This document shows, one piece after another, positions 1-9,905 of a stretch of DNA of 64,000 nt (its first letter is position 1; each line of letters opens with the position of its first letter). A program made the position numbers and the translations under genes. Under the pieces are notes generated by a model that searched no databases, had not been told where the DNA came from, and saw nothing but the letters and a program-made list of their open reading frames with translations. The stretch spans positions 1 through 64,000 of the forward strand of contig CBDDEL010000009.1 of the NCBI GenBank assembly GCA_965226885.1, given 5' to 3'. Source of the stretch: Opitutales bacterium. GTDB lineage: Bacteria > Verrucomicrobiota > Verrucomicrobiia > Opitutales > UBA2987.

Positions 1-609
1 ATAGTTATCGCGGTGTTGGATCTGGTTGGCATACGAACGGCATCCTTTGTGGCTATAATTGGCGCTGCTGGACTGGCAATCGGTTTTGCTTTGCAGGGTT
101 AACTTTCAAATTTTGCCTCCGGTGTTATGCTCATCATATTCCGGCCCTTCAAGGTGGACGATTTTGTCGAAGCCGGCGGGGCTACCGGTATTGTGGAGGA
201 AATCAGCATTTTTACTACTCAGATGCGAACCCCTGACAATAAGACGATCATCATCCCCAATTCAAACATTACCGGCTCGAACATCACAAATTACTCGACC
301 AAGGACACACGACGCGTTGATCTCGTCTTCGGTGTCGGATATGGTGACGATCTTGATAATGCCCGCAGGGTACTGGAAGAGGTTCTCGGGGCCGAAAAAC
401 GAATTCTGGCTGATCCCGAACCGACCATCGGTGTATCCGAACTGGCCGACAGCAGCGTAAAATTTGTCGTCAGGCCCTGGGTCAATTCAGACGATTACTG
501 GCCTGTATATTTCAGTTTGACGGAGAATATTAAAAAGCGGTTCGACGCCGAAGGTATTTCCATCCCCTATCCGCAGCAAGATGTTCATCTCTTCAAAGAT
601 AATGGTTAA
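1..609 (+). pseudogene. mscS: Small-conductance mechanosensitive channel, 5' end outside window, in-frame nonsense codon
   Basis: Frame 1 from base 1 reads [42 protein letters not shown], continuing into ORF 127-609 (RPFKVDD...IPNS...IPYPQ). TAA at 100-102 sits where MscS has Ser (LQGSLSN). Confidence 0.88.
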
Positions 610-733
610 TGGTGTTTATGCCTTGGCTATAAAAATTTGGGCGAATAACCATTGGCGGGGGCAGTTCATTTTACTGTGTTAGGCAAAAACATCTCCTCGG
701 CGATTTTCTGTTTGTGGTTTCGAGCTAATTTAG

Positions 734-2008
734 GTGAAATTAGACATGGGTTTGGAGACATTGTTTACGGTTGAGACTTCCAGCATCAAGTATGGTCCTG
801 GCGCGACCCGCGAGGTGGGTTTCGAGATGGACCGGCTGGGGGCCAAACGGGTAATGGTTTTAACCGATGCCAGACTTGCGGCCAGTTCCTCGGTCGCGGT
901 TGCCATGGAATCCTTGCGAGGGATGGGCATTGATGCCGCTCTCTATGACCGGGTTTGTGTCGAACCGACCGATGTTTCTTTTAAAGAGGCGGCAGATTTC
1001 GCCGTGGATGGGGATTTTGATGGATTTATCACCGTGGGCGGCGGCTCGACTATCGACACGGCCAAGGCGGCCAATTTGTATGCCACTTATCCAACGGATT
1101 TTCTCGATTATGTAAATCCTCCGATTGGCCGGGGTGTGCCCGTTCCGGGAGCGCTAAGACCGCTCATCGCCATTCCCACCACGGCGGGCACCGGCAGCGA
1201 AACGACCGGTGTAGCCATTTTCGATTTTAAGGAAATGAAAGCCAAAACCGGTATCGCCCACCGAGCCCTTCGCCCGAATATGGGAATCATCGATCCCGAC
1301 AACACTCGCAGCATGCCGCCCATGGTGGCCGCCTGCACTGGGCTCGACGTGCTCTCCCACGCCTTGGAGTCTCTAACCGCAATGCCCTACAGCGACCCGC
1401 CAGGCGCCGGAAAAACCCGTCCTTCGCCCTGCCTATCAAGGCGCAAATCCGATAAGTGAAATTTGGGCCTCAAAAGCCATTGCAATGGTTTCCCAACATA
1501 TCGTGCGGGCGGTTGAGCATCCGGAGGACGATGAGGCTCGCGGACAAATGCTGCTGGCCGCCACCTATGCCGGAATCGGATTCGGTAATTCCGGGGTGCA
1601 CCTGCCCCACGGCATGTCCTACCCGGTTTCGGGAATGGTGTGGGATTTTTTTCCGCCGGGTTATCCTAAGGAAAAAGCGATCATACCCCACGGCATGTCG
1701 GTTATTTTGCATTCTCCCGCCGTATTTCGGTTCACGGCGCCGGTCAATCCCGAGCTGCACCTGCGGGCGGCATCCCTCATGGGTGTGGATACCGCAAATG
1801 CCAGGCCAGAGGAGGCAGGCGATTTACTGGGTGGCGCCATTATCGATTTAATGAAAAAAACAGGAATGCCCAACGGTCTGCAAGCGGTAGGATTCGGCCT
1901 TGATGATATTGACGATTTAGTGGCCGGCACAATACCCCAGCACCGTGTGACAAAGCTTTCTCCAAGATCCGCCGCCCCAGCAGACCTTAAAATTCTCTTT
2001 CAAAATTC
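734..2008 (+). pseudogene. Hydroxyacid-oxoacid transhydrogenase-like iron-containing alcohol dehydrogenase, frameshifted and IS-interrupted
   Basis: GGGSTIDTAK, IPTTAGTGSE and HLPHGMSY motifs. One extra C near 1396-1399 splits ORFs 734-1459 and 1485-2042; removing it gives RPAYQGANPISEIW. The last codons (..QNSMQCW*) lie after the IS stack, at 7469-7492. Confidence 0.85.
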
Positions 2009-2026
2009 GGTAGTGTATAAAAAAAG

Positions 2027-2822
2027 GGTAGTGTTAACATGACGAATGTTTGATATTGCTGTTGTATTCCCAGATGAACAAGCACAGGACGCGAAAATGC
2101 ATGACCAAAGACTTCGAGAATGACAGCGTTTTACGCACATAGCGTGACAGGGACTGTCGCAAGGTATTGTTCCAGCGTTCGATATGGACGGTTTGGCCGG
2201 ATTGTTTCCCGCTGGCGCTGTTGTGAGGGAAAACCTTGTCGTAGCTTTCCCAGTAATCGCTTACGGTGGCACAGTCGCGATAGGGCTGGGCGATGTTGTG
2301 ATACAACTGCCAGCACGTTTGATCGCTACGATCACCCAGAGAAAACCCGACGACCTGTCGGGTACGTCGACACAAGGCTACCCATAGCCATACCTGCCCC
2401 GAACGCTTATCGCCCCAGAATGACCACACCTCGTCCAGTTCCAGCACATCACTACACTGGCGGGCAAGCAGAGTGGACTCCAGCTTCGGCAAACTCAGGA
2501 CTTTTTTTTAATCCATTCGATGACCGTCTTTGGGGCTACCCCGAAGGTACGGTAAATGGCACGCAGGCTCATCCGGTTTTGGTGCGCACGGAGCACCTGC
2601 TTGACCAGCGCCGGAGGATGCTCACGACTTTTGGGGTGAAGCCGAAACTGATAACCACACCCCTTGCATCGATACTTCTGAACCCCTTTCGGATCCTTGC
2701 CGTGCTTGATGATGTGATCGCTTCCGCATTGAGGACATTTTACTGTGATATGGACCATTCCCAGTTCACAACATAATCACGCTAAAAAGTACAGCTTAAA
2801 CATTCAAAATGTTAACACTACC
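2027..2822 (-). mobile_element. IS1-family element type B (insA 2495-2758, insB 2034-2492)
   Basis: Inverted repeats (IRs) GGTAGTGTTAACAT/ATGTTAACACTACC. 8-bp TSD AAAAAAAG at 2019-2026 and 2823-2830. InsA has a CxxC zinc finger, InsB has ELDEVWSF...IERWN, with an A-run frameshift site between them. Confidence 0.93.
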
Positions 2823-2887
2823 AAAAAAAGAATGTTATTCTGTATTTTTAGCTGTACAAATAGCGTTAGGCAGTTTATTCTTAGTGC

Positions 2888-3594
2888 ATGGTTACTAAAA
2901 TTATTAATTGTCGGCACTGTGGAAGTGAAAATATCATTAAATTTGGCAAGACGCCCAACCATAAACAGCGCTACCGCTGCCATGATTGTGGTAAACAAAG
3001 CCGCGAAAACCCCACAGTGAAATACACCGAAGAGCAAAAAGAAATGATCCTTCGAGTCTATCAGGAACGCAGCAGTCTACGCGGTTTACAGCGCGCCTTC
3101 GGGGTGAGTCCCAACACCGTTTTGAGTTGGTTAAAAAAAACGACAATCGCTGCGACCGCTCAAAAGCACGATTCTTGCGGCCCGCCGCCATGATGTCATT
3201 GAACTGGACGAACTGTGGTCTTTTGTGGGGCGCAAGAGCGATGCCCAATGGGTTTGGATCGCTCTTTGCCGACGCACCCGTCAAATCCTCTCCTATGCCA
3301 TTGGGCCTCGGGATTGGTATCGTTGCCGGGAACTTTACGAGCGTCTGCCACGGGCCTACAAAAGATGTGTCACCTACAGCGACTTTTGGAGCACTTATGA
3401 TGAAGTCTTTCCTCATAACTGATCCGTGGGAAAAGAAACCGGTGAAACGGCCCATGTGGAACGATGGAACAATACCCTGCGCCAGCGACTGGGTCGTTTC
3501 ACACGCAAAACCCTCTCCTTTTCCAAGCTTAAGAGTATGCATGAAACCTGTCTGAGACTTTTCATTCATCAATATAATCAAGAATTAGCCACCA
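2888..3594 (+). pseudogene. IS1-A InsA/InsB transposase, nonsense in insB and interrupted by IS21
   Basis: InsA at 2888-3193 with an A8C slippery site near 3133-3141. CGA>TGA at 3420-3422 relative to the other copies. Confidence 0.85.
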
Positions 3595-3668
3595 TGTAAA
3601 CGCCGGGGAAAAACCGGTACGGTAAAGAGGGCGCTTTAAAACCGGTACGCTTATCCTAGAAAGGAGGA

Positions 3669-6463
3669 GTGTATCGAGATATGAAGCAATGGACAAGAGT
3701 GCGGCACAAAGTGCTGCGGGACAAGCAGAGCAAGCGCTCTGTAATGCGAGAAGAGGGACTGCACTGGGAGACCCTGGGAAAGATGCTGGCCTATTCCCAG
3801 CCGCCGGGATACCGGCGCAAGAAGAGGCGAGAGCGCAAGATCGATCCGTATGTGGGCTGGATCGAGGAGGTGCTCAAAGCGGACCGGAACGTGCCCAAGA
3901 AGCAGCGCCATACGGCCAAACGGATCTACCAGCGTTTGGGTCGGGAGAGGGGCTACCAAGGGGGCTACACGGCGGTCAAGGAGGTGGTGGCCGAGCTGCG
4001 AGCGAGGCGGCGGGAAGTGTTCGTGCCGCTGGAGCACCGCCCCGGGGAGGGACAGGTGGACTTCGGTCATGCCCTGGTGAAGGAGGCGGGGCAATTGCGT
4101 AGGCGGCCATTTTTTGCCATGAGCCTGCCCTACAGCGATGCCTTTTTCGTGCAGGTGTTCGAACGGGAGTGCACGGAGAGCTTCTGGGAGGGGCACCTGC
4201 GAGCTTTTGAGTTTTTCGGGGCGGTGCCCCGGCGCATCAGCTATGACAACTCGAAGGTGGCGGTGGGTAAGATTATCGGTTCGCGTGAACGCAAGCTGAC
4301 CGACGGGTTTCTGCAGCTACAGAGCCATTACCTGTTCGAGGAACACTTCTGTCTGCCCGCCCGGCCCAACGAGAAGGGCGTGGTCGAGGGTGATCGGACC
4401 CCATCTTTGCTACCACTTTAAGTGAGAGTATTTCCGTAGGTTTGGTATTGTAGGTTTTGCAGCGGGTGGCGCAATGAGGCCGTAGGCCGAATGGAGCCAG
4501 CCGCTGCTTTGTTGATTGTTCGCCAGAGTCTGGCAAATGTATTTGGGGAGAGAAAGCCTAATCGGCTGTGGGGGTGTTTCGCGTTGTATTTGTGTCGCCA
4601 TTGTTCGACCACCACACGCGCTTCGGTCACGCTCAGGAACAGTTCCTGGTTAAGGCATTCATCGCGCAAACGATTATGAAAGGATTCTATATGTCCATTC
4701 TGCCAAGGGCTTCCTGGATCAATGTATGCGATGGCAATTTCCTGTCGCTGCAGTTCTTCTTTGACTTGGTGGGCTATAAACTCCGATCCGTTGTCCGAGC
4801 GGATGCACTGAGGTTTGCCGTTCTCTCTTATGGCATCGTTCAATACCTCTACCACATCGGCACTTTTCAGTGAGCGCGCAACCTTAATGGCCAGGCATTG
4901 ACGGGTATGTTCATCGATCAGTGTCAAGAGCCTGAGCGGACCGCCCCGGTCGGTGCGATCCGCCACGAAGTCCCAACTCCACACATGGTTGGGCTGCACT
5001 GCTCGGGTCGGGGTAGCCGTGGATTGGCCCTGCCGGCGACGGCGCTTGCCAGACGGGCGCACACCCAGTCCTTCGAAACGACGCACTTTTTGGACGAATT
5101 TGCGACTCACGGGCCAACCTTCATGGGCCAACAAAGCGCGGATCCGACGATAGCCATAGCGCGGATGCTTCTTCGAAAAGGCAATGATGCGTGCCACCAG
5201 TTTATGCCTATACTCAGTAGCTTTCTTGGGTTCATACAGGTAGGTTGAGCGGTGCAACCCAAAATACTGACAGGCCCGACGCAGCGAGCACGACCCTTGG
5301 GCCAATACATGCTTCACCGCTTCCTTTTTCTGCTTCGGGCCTACCATTTTTTTGCGTTCACCTCCTTGAGCACACGGTTCTCCAGCATCTGCTCGGCTAC
5401 TATCTTCTTAAGCTGCGTGTTTTCGCGCTCCAGCTCCTTCAGCCGCTTGGCGCCACGCAGCTCCATGCGGCCATACTTTTTACGCCAACGATGGTAGCTT
5501 TGAGGACTGATATTGTGGGACCGACAGACATCCTGAATGCCTTTGCCTGCGTCTACTTCGCGCAGTATCGTTATGATTTGTTCAGGGGTGTATCTTTTTT
5601 GCTTCATAGGTCTTTCCGGTAATTTCTCCAGAAAGACTCTCACTGGCAATGGTAGTGTTTTCGGCGGTCACATCAAGGGGATCGTGCGTTATGCCCGGGC
5701 CAACTTCCTGGTACCGGTACCGCAGGTTCGGGACCTGGAGGAACTCAACGCAAAGCTGTTGGAGGCATGTGAGCGGGACATGGAGCGTAAATTACGCGGG
5801 AAAAGGGCGGTGAAAAAGGAACTGCTGGCCGAGGAGCGCGCCGTCATGCTGGCGTTGCCGCCCATACCCTTTGAAGCGAGCCGCAAACGCTCGACCTGCG
5901 TCAGCAGCCTCTCGCTGGTGCGCTTCGAGTGCAACGACTATTCGGTGCCGGTGCGCTGCGCCCACCATCCGGTGGTGGTGGAAGGGTCCTGTCGGCAGGT
6001 GGTGATCTTCTGTGGGGGCCAAGAGGTGGCCCGGCACCGCCGCATTTGGGATAAAGAGCAAGTCTCTTTCGAGCCGGTGCACTACCTGGCTTTGCTGGAG
6101 AAAAAACCGGGCGCTTTGGACTTCGCCCGCCCACTCTCGGGCTGGCAGTTGCCGCAGTGCCTGCAGGTCCTCAGACGCCGGCTCGAAAGCCAATGCGGGG
6201 GCGAAGGCACCCGGGAGTATATCCGGGTGCTGCGGCTGTTGGAGAAACACCCCATGGCGGCCTTGCAGCAGGCCGTCGTCTCGGCCCTGCGGGTGGGGGG
6301 ACTGACTCGTGAGGCCATCGCCCAGTATCTCTATCCTCAGGAAGACTACGGGAGCAGAACCTTCCGGCTGGACGGCCATCCACACCTGCGTCACGTCCGT
6401 GTGGCCGCCCCTGACCTCGGTGCCTACAGCGAACTGCTCAAGATTCCAGGAGGGGCTTTATGA
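3669..6463 (+). pseudogene. istA: IstA transposase interrupted by IS3
   Basis: 3669-4390 plus 5680-6463 rejoin to match the intact 501-aa IstA at 10843-12348. Confidence 0.92.
4391..5675 (-). mobile_element. IS3-family element type 1 (orfA ~5341-5607, orfB 4418-5347)
   Basis: TG...CA ends and 4-bp TSD AGGG. OrfB DDE motifs WSWDF, RSDNGSEF, QNGHIESF. A7 run at the orfA/orfB overlap. Confidence 0.92.
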
Positions 6464-7269
6464 AGGAAGAAAAAAACCAGCTGCTGTTACACCATCACCT
6501 CAAGAAACTGAAGTTGCCCACCATCCTGCGCGAATGGCCGGCGGTGGCCGCGGCTTGTTCCCGGGACCGGCTCGATTACGCCGCCTTTCTGTTGCATCTG
6601 GTCGAACGGGAGCTCATTGAACGCGAACAGCGGGCCGCCCAGCGGCGGATCAAAAACGCCCGTTTCCCCGTGCTCAAGACCCTCGAGAGCTTCGCCTTTG
6701 AAGCGCAGCCCTCGATCAATGAAGCGCAGCCCTCGATCAATGAAGCGCAGCCCTCGATCAACGAAGCGCTCATCCGAGAGCTCATGCGCGGGGAGTATGT
6801 CGACCAGCGCGAAAACGTGCTGCTCCTCGGTAACGCCGGTACCGGTAAAACGCACCTGGCCACCGCCCTGGGCTTTGCCGCCTGTGCCCAGGGCCGGCGG
6901 ATCCGTTTCTTCGGGGTCACCGCCCTGGTTACCCATATGCTCGAGCAACGCGACAACCACGACCTGCAGCGCTTCATGAAGCAACTCGAAAGGCTCGACC
7001 TACTCATCCTCGACGAACTCGGTTACGTCCCTTTTTCCAAGACCGGGTCCGAACTGCTCTTCGACGTGGTCAGCCGCGCTTACGAGCGCACCAGTCTCAT
7101 CGTCACCACCAACCTGCCCTTTGAGAACTGGATCGAAGTGCTCGGTTCCGAACGGCTCACCGGAGCTCTGCTGGACCGACTCACCCATCGGGTGCATATC
7201 CTCGAAGCCAACGGGCAAAGCTACCGCTTGCGCGATGCTCGACGCCGTCGCCGTGGCACAAAACAATAA
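6460..7269 (+). CDS. istB: IstB ATPase with in-frame triplication of EAQPSIN
   Basis: Walker A GNAGTGKT and Walker B LLILDELG. 14 aa longer than the copy at 10079-10846. Confidence 0.92.
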   Translation: MKEEKNQLLLHHHLKKLKLPTILREWPAVAAACSRDRLDYAAFLLHLVERELIEREQRAAQRRIKNARFPVLKTLESFAFEAQPSINEAQPSINEAQPSINEALIRELMRGEYVDQRENVLLLGNAGTGKTHLATALGFAACAQGRRIRFFGVTALVTHMLEQRDNHDLQRFMKQLERLDLLILDELGYVPFSKTGSELLFDVVSRAYERTSLIVTTNLPFENWIEVLGSERLTGALLDRLTHRVHILEANGQSYRLRDARRRRRGTKQ

Positions 7270-7528
7270 ACGCCTTGGGCCCGGCTCGTCGGCCTCCGGC
7301 CTCCTCACCGACCCCAAGCCAATCCCCAAAACCAACTCCCAAACCCTAAACCTTGACGTACCTGCAATTACTAACCTAAACCTTATTCCAAGCGTACCGG
7401 TTTTACCCCGACCCCCGTACCGGTTTCATCCCGGCGTTTACACCACCATTCCTACTTAATACACTACCCAAAATTCGATGCAATGCTGGTAACTAAAACC
7501 CTCTAAATTAAACTGTGTAAAAATAATT

Positions 7529-8275
7529 ATGACAAAAAAAATATTAATTACCGTTGGAGCGCTGGGGATTATACTCATCGCAGTCGCTTATTTCACTATT
7601 TCCACTCTTATTAACAAAGGAGTGAAAACCGGTGTAGAAACATTCGGTCCTGAAATTACCAAAACGGAAGTCCGTTTGGAAGGCGCTAATATTTCTCCGC
7701 TTAACGGCACTGGTGCGCTTAAGGGTCTTTTTATAGGAAACCCCGAAGGGTTCAAATCGGAGAAAGCCTTTTCAGCGAATAAAATCGAAATAAATCTGGA
7801 TGTGCTTTCCCTCCTGTCCGACAAAATCGTAATTGAAAAAATTTATATCGGTGAACCGCATGTGGTTTATGAAAAAAAGCTATTGAACGATAACCTCAAG
7901 CAATTGCTTAAGAACATCGAAGAGACAGCTCTGGGAGAAGAGGGAGAGGAGGAGAGTGAAATACGGCTTGAAATCAGAGAGTTGTCCCTCGAAAACGGAA
8001 AAATCACGGTTGGTATACTAGGTAAAGGAATTACCGTACCACTGCCCGATATTCACCTTTCAGGCCTGGGTTCAAAATCAGAAGAAGGATTCACGCCCGA
8101 CCAGATGGCCGCGGAAATCATGAAAGCGGTCCTCCGCAACACCCTTCAGGCGGTGTCCAAAGCCGGCGGCGCAGTGGTGGAAGGCGGAGCCGAAGCAGCC
8201 GGCGAAGTGGGAGAAAAAGCCAAAGAAGCTCTCGGAGGACTCAAAGGAATGCTCAAGAAAAAGAAAGGCAATTAA
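7529..8275 (+). CDS. AsmA/DUF748-like membrane-anchored protein
   Basis: N-terminal TM helix followed by GPEITKTEVRL...IGNPEGF and LPDIHL patterns typical of AsmA-like proteins. Confidence 0.6.
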   Translation: MTKKILITVGALGIILIAVAYFTISTLINKGVKTGVETFGPEITKTEVRLEGANISPLNGTGALKGLFIGNPEGFKSEKAFSANKIEINLDVLSLLSDKIVIEKIYIGEPHVVYEKKLLNDNLKQLLKNIEETALGEEGEEESEIRLEIRELSLENGKITVGILGKGITVPLPDIHLSGLGSKSEEGFTPDQMAAEIMKAVLRNTLQAVSKAGGAVVEGGAEAAGEVGEKAKEALGGLKGMLKKKKGN

Positions 8276-8347
8276 GGAAATTAAAGAAACGGCATCAACA
8301 CCAAACAACCAGACCTAACCATTTTAGGTGGGTAGAGGTGTGTTAGT

Positions 8348-8854
8348 ATGGAAATTATGGATATGAAAAAATATTGTGGGAATTCTTGGAAATTATGTTT
8401 TAGCCGCAAGATGGTTTTGGCAATTACCGGCGCAGTAGTTGTCCTTTATGGGTTGCAGATCAATGTGACCGGCAAAGATTATACACAATCGTCGCCGGTC
8501 CCTGCCATTGCCGCCGAGAGGAAAATTGTTGTTTACAACCGAAATAATTCCGATCCCGTTTCTCTCAACCTTACCGAAACACGCCTTTTTTTCGGTCTTT
8601 CGCGTATAGAAAACGGTTCCATAAAAAAGATATTACCGGCAGAATGGGATTCCTTCCTGGAGACTTCTGTACGCCCTGTTTTCGAATCTTTTACAGTAAT
8701 CGACGCTATGGGTGATTACCGGGGCCAGCGTGAGGGCACGAAGATTCTTATTATCCTCCATAATGGTGGTGAAGATGAGGAAAAAATTATGGCATTAGCC
8801 CAACAATACATCGAGCGTTTCGTTCAGGAAGGCGTGCTTCGCATTGACGGGTAA
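8348..8854 (+). CDS. DUF3574-like exported protein
   Basis: N-terminal hydrophobic segment; TRLFFGLS...EWDSFL...FTVIDAMG...REGTKILIILH resembles DUF3574. Confidence 0.55.
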   Translation: MEIMDMKKYCGNSWKLCFSRKMVLAITGAVVVLYGLQINVTGKDYTQSSPVPAIAAERKIVVYNRNNSDPVSLNLTETRLFFGLSRIENGSIKKILPAEWDSFLETSVRPVFESFTVIDAMGDYRGQREGTKILIILHNGGEDEEKIMALAQQYIERFVQEGVLRIDG

Positions 8855-8893
8855 TGTAATTTTTCGACCAGTAGCAGCCCGCTTCATTTGGAA

Positions 8894-9400
8894 TCAGCGC
8901 ACGCGGGCTTCGATTGGTTCCCGGAATTGCGGGTATTTTTCAATGAGTTCCTCTTTCCCGCCCAGTTTGAAATGGTCCCATTCAAACGAGGGCGCCATGG
9001 TGGTTCCGATAAAGGAATAACCGTGAACTCCGTTCGGCGCGGGAAAAGAACCTTGCCATACGTCTTTGGGGACGACTTTTTGGGGCCTCATGCCGGCTTC
9101 GATGTCATTGCCGAGCAGAAAGATTTCCCCTGAGCCGTCCGGGTGGAGCAGGAGCATCTCCAACGGGTCTCCTCCATAAAAATGGTAAACCTCATCGGTA
9201 TCCAGGATATGCATGGCCGAGAAATCAACATCGGTCAGCACGGCGTAAATGGCAGTGCCGAAGGGCATGTCCTGCTCATATCGCCCCGGAAGGGCGGCGG
9301 TCGGAATTTTTTCCGGGCAAACATAAGTCTGCCGATAAAACCCACCTTCGAGCGGCAATGGTTCCAATTCAAGTTTAGCGATCAGTTCCTCAGATGTCAT
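8894..9400 (-). CDS. Cupin_5 (DUF985) family protein
   Basis: LEPLPLEGGFYRQTY, TAIY, DEVYHFYGG, PQKVVP..WQGS and APSFEW.HF motifs. Confidence 0.85.
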   Translation of the reverse strand: MTSEELIAKLELEPLPLEGGFYRQTYVCPEKIPTAALPGRYEQDMPFGTAIYAVLTDVDFSAMHILDTDEVYHFYGGDPLEMLLLHPDGSGEIFLLGNDIEAGMRPQKVVPKDVWQGSFPAPNGVHGYSFIGTTMAPSFEWDHFKLGGKEELIEKYPQFREPIEARVR

Positions 9401-9905
9401 AAAAACTTATGCAAACCATAAATAGATTTTTTACAAAAGAAAAATTCCCATTCATTATAAATTGTATCAAATTTAGCTTCAATTATACCAAAAAATTCTT
9501 TAAGGTATTGTAAAATACATTACCGGAGGGAAGAATCATGGATCGTTCAGGGTTGATATCAGGGGCCGCTTTAGCCCGGATATTTCATGAAGGGTAAAGT
9601 TTGGCTCGTTATTGCTATTGGAGATGGATTTCTTTGTATTTTGAGCAGATCGTCTTGATTTTTAGGTGTTTTTCAGGGTGTAGAGACACTGCCCCCTTTC
9701 CCCCATTGGTTCGGTAGTGCCGGGGGCAGCACCAATGCACCCTTTAGGTTGGCACCAATCGGCGGGCCGCATGGTTGAAAAGACTGGCCCAAGGATAACT
9801 CTCACTTAGGTGAAAGTGAATCGTTCGGGTGTTGCGCACGATGACCGCTCCGATCTTGATTAATTTGAGCCGCAGGGTGTGGCATTGGGCCCGCGCCCAC
9901 TTCGT

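Larger units (their letters stand above)
3595..7442 (+). mobile_element. IS21-family element copy 1 (istA split by IS3; istB 6460-7269)
   Basis: Ends TGTAAACGCCGGG.../...CCCGGCGTTTACA. 6-bp TSD CCACCA at 3589-3594 and 7443-7448. Confidence 0.93.
2009..7468 (+). mobile_element. IS1-family element type A, copy 1, hosting nested IS1-B, IS21 and IS3
   Basis: Ends GGTAGTGTAT.../...ATACACTACC. 8-bp TSD CAAAATTC at 2001-2008 and 7469-7476. Matches the uninterrupted copy at 61577-62378. Confidence 0.93.

Noticed and set aside
100..102. Stop-codon readthrough or alternative genetic code in mscS
   Set aside because: TAA, TAG and TGA all end intact genes here; a TCA>TAA change or sequencing error is simpler.
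1390..1405. Programmed frameshift in the transhydrogenase
   Set aside because: No slippery heptamer at the site; a single extra C in a gene that is also IS-interrupted.
3420..3422. In-frame TGA in insB as selenocysteine or recoding
   Set aside because: The other three copies have CGA; this is a copy-specific nonsense mutation.
5537..6463. 308-aa ORF as an independent gene
   Set aside because: It is the istA 3' half opened by a start inside the IS3 end.
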